A program made the translations under genes and the position numbers. From Rhodocyclaceae bacterium (GTDB lineage: Bacteria > Pseudomonadota > Gammaproteobacteria > Burkholderiales > Rhodocyclaceae), in NCBI GenBank assembly GCA_035331665.1, contig DAOLKI010000001.1:1-38875 (forward strand): a stretch of 38,875 nt of DNA. Direction: 5' to 3'. Of the stretch, positions 35,444-38,875 are shown in pieces. The number at the start of each line of letters is the position of its first letter. Position 1 is the stretch's first letter. The notes beneath the pieces were generated by a model. That model was not told the DNA's origin and did no database searches. It saw only the letters and a program-made list of their open reading frames with translations.

Positions 35444-36085
35444 ATGAATCCCAATGTCGCCGTCGTCGATTACGGTATGGGCAATCTGCGTTCCGTCGCC
35501 AAGGCCCTGGAACACGTGGCCGGAGGGCAGCCGGTGGTCGTGACCGCCGACCCGGCGACCGTGGCGTCGGCGGGACGCGTGGTGGTGCCCGGCCAGGGCG
35601 CCATGCCCGACTGCATGGCCGAACTGGAACGGCGCGGCCTGAAGCAAGCCGTCCTGCGTGCCGCGGCGGACAAACCCTTCCTGGGCATCTGCATCGGCTT
35701 GCAGATGCTGTTCCAGCACAGCGACGAGGGTGACGTACCCGGCCTCGGGTTGCTGCCCGGCCAGGTGCGACATTTTCCCATGGAGGCCATGACGGGACCC
35801 GCGGGTGAGCGACTCAAGGTGCCGCACATGGGTTGGAACCAGGTCCGCCAGGCCGAACCCCATCCGTTGTGGGACGGAATCGCCGACGAAAGCCGTTTCT
35901 ATTTCGTGCACAGTTACTATGTGGAACCGGCGACGCCCGAAGTGATCGCCGGATCGACCCTCTACGGCATCCCCTTTACCAGCGCGGTGGCCCGCGCTAA
36001 CATTTTCGCCGTGCAATTCCACCCGGAAAAGAGTGCCCAGGCCGGCCTCCGGCTCCTCCGCAATTTCATGCACTGGAATCCCTGA
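35444..36085 (+). CDS. hisH: imidazole glycerol phosphate synthase glutaminase subunit HisH
   Basis: The ATG at 35444 gives [23 protein letters not shown]. The catalytic Cys context is [11 protein letters not shown], and [10 protein letters not shown] is also present. Confidence 0.9.
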   Translation: MNPNVAVVDYGMGNLRSVAKALEHVAGGQPVVVTADPATVASAGRVVVPGQGAMPDCMAELERRGLKQAVLRAAADKPFLGICIGLQMLFQHSDEGDVPGLGLLPGQVRHFPMEAMTGPAGERLKVPHMGWNQVRQAEPHPLWDGIADESRFYFVHSYYVEPATPEVIAGSTLYGIPFTSAVARANIFAVQFHPEKSAQAGLRLLRNFMHWNP

Positions 36086-36171
36086 CGCGTCGATTGCGGC
36101 GGGAACACCGAGCCGAACCCATACCCGTATCCCCGCGATATTTCCGTACCGGTCCCGAGACCTTCCTACCC

Positions 36172-36921
36172 ATGCTGCTGATACCCGCGATCGACCTGAA
36201 GGATGGCCATTGCGTTCGCCTGAAGCAGGGCGCGATGGACGATGCCACCGTGTTCTCCGAGAATCCGGCGGCCATGGCCAGGCACTGGATCGCCCAGGGC
36301 GCGCGCCGCCTGCATCTGGTCGACCTGAACGGCGCCTTCGCCGGAAAGCCGAAGAACGAGCCGGCGATCAAGGCAATTCTTAGGGAAGTGGGCGATGAGA
36401 TACCCGTGCAACTCGGCGGCGGCATCCGCGACCTGGATACGATCGAGCGTTGCCTGGATGATGGGGTGTCCTACGTAATCATCGGCACCGCGGCGGTGAA
36501 GAATCCCGGGTTCCTGCATGATGCGTGCGGAGCCTTTCCCGGCCACATCATCGTCGGACTGGACGCCAAGGACGGCAAGGTGGCCGTGGATGGCTGGTCC
36601 AAGATGACCGGACACGACGTGATCGACCTGGCCAAGAAGTTCGAGGACTACGGCGTGGAGGCCGTGATCTACACCGACATCGGGCGCGACGGCATGTTGA
36701 GCGGCGTCAATGTGGAGGCGACGGTCAAGCTGGCCCAGGCGCTGAAGATTCCCGTGATTGCTTCCGGCGGTATCGCCAGCCTGCAGGACGTCCAGGCGCT
36801 TTGTGGCGTTCAGGACGAAGGCATCATGGGTGCCATCACGGGACGCGCCATCTACGAAGGCAAGCTGGATTTCAAGTCGGCCCAGGCCGCGGCGGACAAG
36901 TTCGCCGGGACCGGGGCGTGA
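36172..36921 (+). CDS. hisA: ProFAR isomerase HisA
   Basis: The ATG at 36172 gives [20 protein letters not shown]. The protein contains [24 protein letters not shown] and ASGGIASL. Confidence 0.9.
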   Translation: MLLIPAIDLKDGHCVRLKQGAMDDATVFSENPAAMARHWIAQGARRLHLVDLNGAFAGKPKNEPAIKAILREVGDEIPVQLGGGIRDLDTIERCLDDGVSYVIIGTAAVKNPGFLHDACGAFPGHIIVGLDAKDGKVAVDGWSKMTGHDVIDLAKKFEDYGVEAVIYTDIGRDGMLSGVNVEATVKLAQALKIPVIASGGIASLQDVQALCGVQDEGIMGAITGRAIYEGKLDFKSAQAAADKFAGTGA

Positions 36922-36996
36922 TTCGCGGTGCCTGAGGGGGCGACGAATCCCGCGGCCCCGCAACTGCCCACCCCCGTCCCTGCCGGATTCCATCCC

Positions 36997-37751
<755 letters not shown>

Positions 37752-37755
<4 letters not shown>

Positions 37756-38141
37756 GCCAGCCGAAATGGCTGAACCAGGTGAAATGGGACGACCAGGGGC
37801 TGGTACCGGCCATTTCCCAGGACTCGGCGACCGGGGAGATCCTGATGGTTGCCTGGATGAATCGGGAGGCCCTGGAATTGACGGTCAAGGAGGGGCGTGC
37901 CATCTTCTGGTCCCGGTCCCGCAAGAAACTGTGGCGCAAGGGCGAGGAGTCCGGACACGTGCAGTCCCTGCACGAGGTCCGGCTGGACTGCGACAACGAC
38001 GTGGTGTTGCTGAAGGTGGAGCAGATCGGCGGAATCGCCTGTCACACCGGTCGCCGCTCCTGCTTTTTCCAGCGCCTCGAGGGCGGCAAGTGGCTGGAGG
38101 TGGAGCCCGTATTGAAGGATCCCAAGGAGATATACAAGTGA
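37752..38141 (+). CDS. hisI: phosphoribosyl-AMP cyclohydrolase HisI
   Basis: 129 aa containing [44 protein letters not shown] and [11 protein letters not shown]. It overlaps the hisF stop. Confidence 0.9.
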
Positions 38142-38464
38142 TCGATCTCGAAGTCATCCACCGCGTCCAGCAGACCCTGCTCGAACGCAAGGGCGCCGCG
38201 CCCGATTCGTCCTATGTGGCCAGCCTTTACGCCAAGGGCACCGAAGCCATCTGCAAAAAGATTGCCGAAGAGGGGGCCGAGGTCATCATGGCAGCCAAGG
38301 ACGGCGACCGGTTGCATCTGGTGCGGGAGGTCTGCGACCTCTGGTTCCACAGCCTGGTTCTGATGACCCACATGGGCATAGGCGTGGACGACGTGATGGT
38401 CGAATTCCGGCGGCGGGAGGGCATCTCCGGTATCGACGAGAAGCGCTCGAGGACCCATCCGTGA
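38138..38464 (+). CDS. hisE: phosphoribosyl-ATP pyrophosphatase HisE
   Basis: The GTG at 38138 overlaps the hisI stop (GTGA). The 108-aa protein contains [33 protein letters not shown]...[13 protein letters not shown]. Confidence 0.85.
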   Translation: MIDLEVIHRVQQTLLERKGAAPDSSYVASLYAKGTEAICKKIAEEGAEVIMAAKDGDRLHLVREVCDLWFHSLVLMTHMGIGVDDVMVEFRRREGISGIDEKRSRTHP

Positions 38465-38829
38465 GCGACTGCATCTTCTGTCGCATCGTCAAAGGCGAGA
38501 TTCCGAGCCGAAAAATATACGAGGACGAGGATCTTTACGCATTCCACGATATCCATCCGTCGGCGCCGGTCCATTTCATGATCATCCCGAAGCTGCACGT
38601 GCCGTCCCTGATGGAGGTGCGGTCCGAACACCAGGCAGTGCTCGGAAAGATCCTGCTCAAGGCCGATGAATTGGCCCGTGGCCAGGGCCTCAACGACGGT
38701 TTTCGCGTGATTATCAACACGGGACGGATCGGTCGGCAGGAGGTGTATCATCTGCACGTTCATATCGTAGGCGGTCCGGAACCTCTCGGGTCCATGGTGC
38801 CGCGCAAGCCGCCGCAACCGGCGCAATAG
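38461..38829 (+). CDS. HIT-family (HinT-like) nucleotide hydrolase
   Basis: 122 aa starting CIFCRIVKGEIPS, with the histidine triad HLHVHIVGG. It overlaps the hisE stop by 4 nt. Confidence 0.85.
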   Translation: MSDCIFCRIVKGEIPSRKIYEDEDLYAFHDIHPSAPVHFMIIPKLHVPSLMEVRSEHQAVLGKILLKADELARGQGLNDGFRVIINTGRIGRQEVYHLHVHIVGGPEPLGSMVPRKPPQPAQ

Positions 38830-38838
38830 GAGAGAGGC

Positions 38839-38875
38839 ATGGGAAGCTGGAGCATCTGGCACTGGCTCGTGGTCC
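38839..38875 (+). CDS. tatA: twin-arginine translocase subunit TatA/E (first 12 codons only)
   Basis: The ATG at 38839 is preceded by GGAGAG. Translation MGSWSIWHWLVV matches the typical TatA N-terminus. The gene is truncated by the window edge. Confidence 0.55.
   Translation, partial: MGSWSIWHWLVV

Overview
GC-rich segment (about two-thirds G+C by eye) with betaproteobacterial-type core synteny on both flanks and one accessory-looking block in the centre. No rRNA, tRNA, CRISPR array, transposase or integrase was recognised.

LEFT FLANK (1-5140): a partial crotonase gene, then lptA-lptC-kdsC-kdsD on the minus strand, then a CPA2 K+/H+ antiporter with TrkA-N/TrkA-C domains.

CENTRE (5184-24097): a type IV filament locus that is a hybrid of the MSHA-pilus and T2SS types.
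- It is an 11-gene minus-strand operon, largely translationally coupled, running from 24064 to 9203.
- Its first gene is a sigma-54 enhancer-binding response regulator. This is followed by an ExeA/MshM-like ATPase, a lipoprotein secretin, a TPR protein, an MshE-type ATPase and a GspF-type platform protein.
- Next come GspL/MshI-like, GspM/MshJ-like and small periplasmic proteins, which are poorly recognisable.
- The operon ends with a 751-aa non-canonical pilin-like protein whose C-terminus looks like an L-type (legume/ConA-like) lectin domain, and a 275-aa minor pilin.
- Downstream lie a membrane-bound class III adenylate cyclase and a convergent polytopic histidine kinase.
- The major pilin gene is separate and has a perfect sigma-54 promoter.

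RIGHT FLANK (24209-38875):
- mlaFEDACB.
- An ABC ATPase and an ABC-2 permease, split by about 310 nt of tandem 120-nt GC-rich repeats.
- bolA-murA-hisG-hisD, then hisC in inverted orientation, then hisBHAFIE, a HIT-family gene and the start of tatA.

The most interesting signals are the lectin-tipped pilus locus with its regulatory wiring, the inverted hisC, and the repeat insertion.
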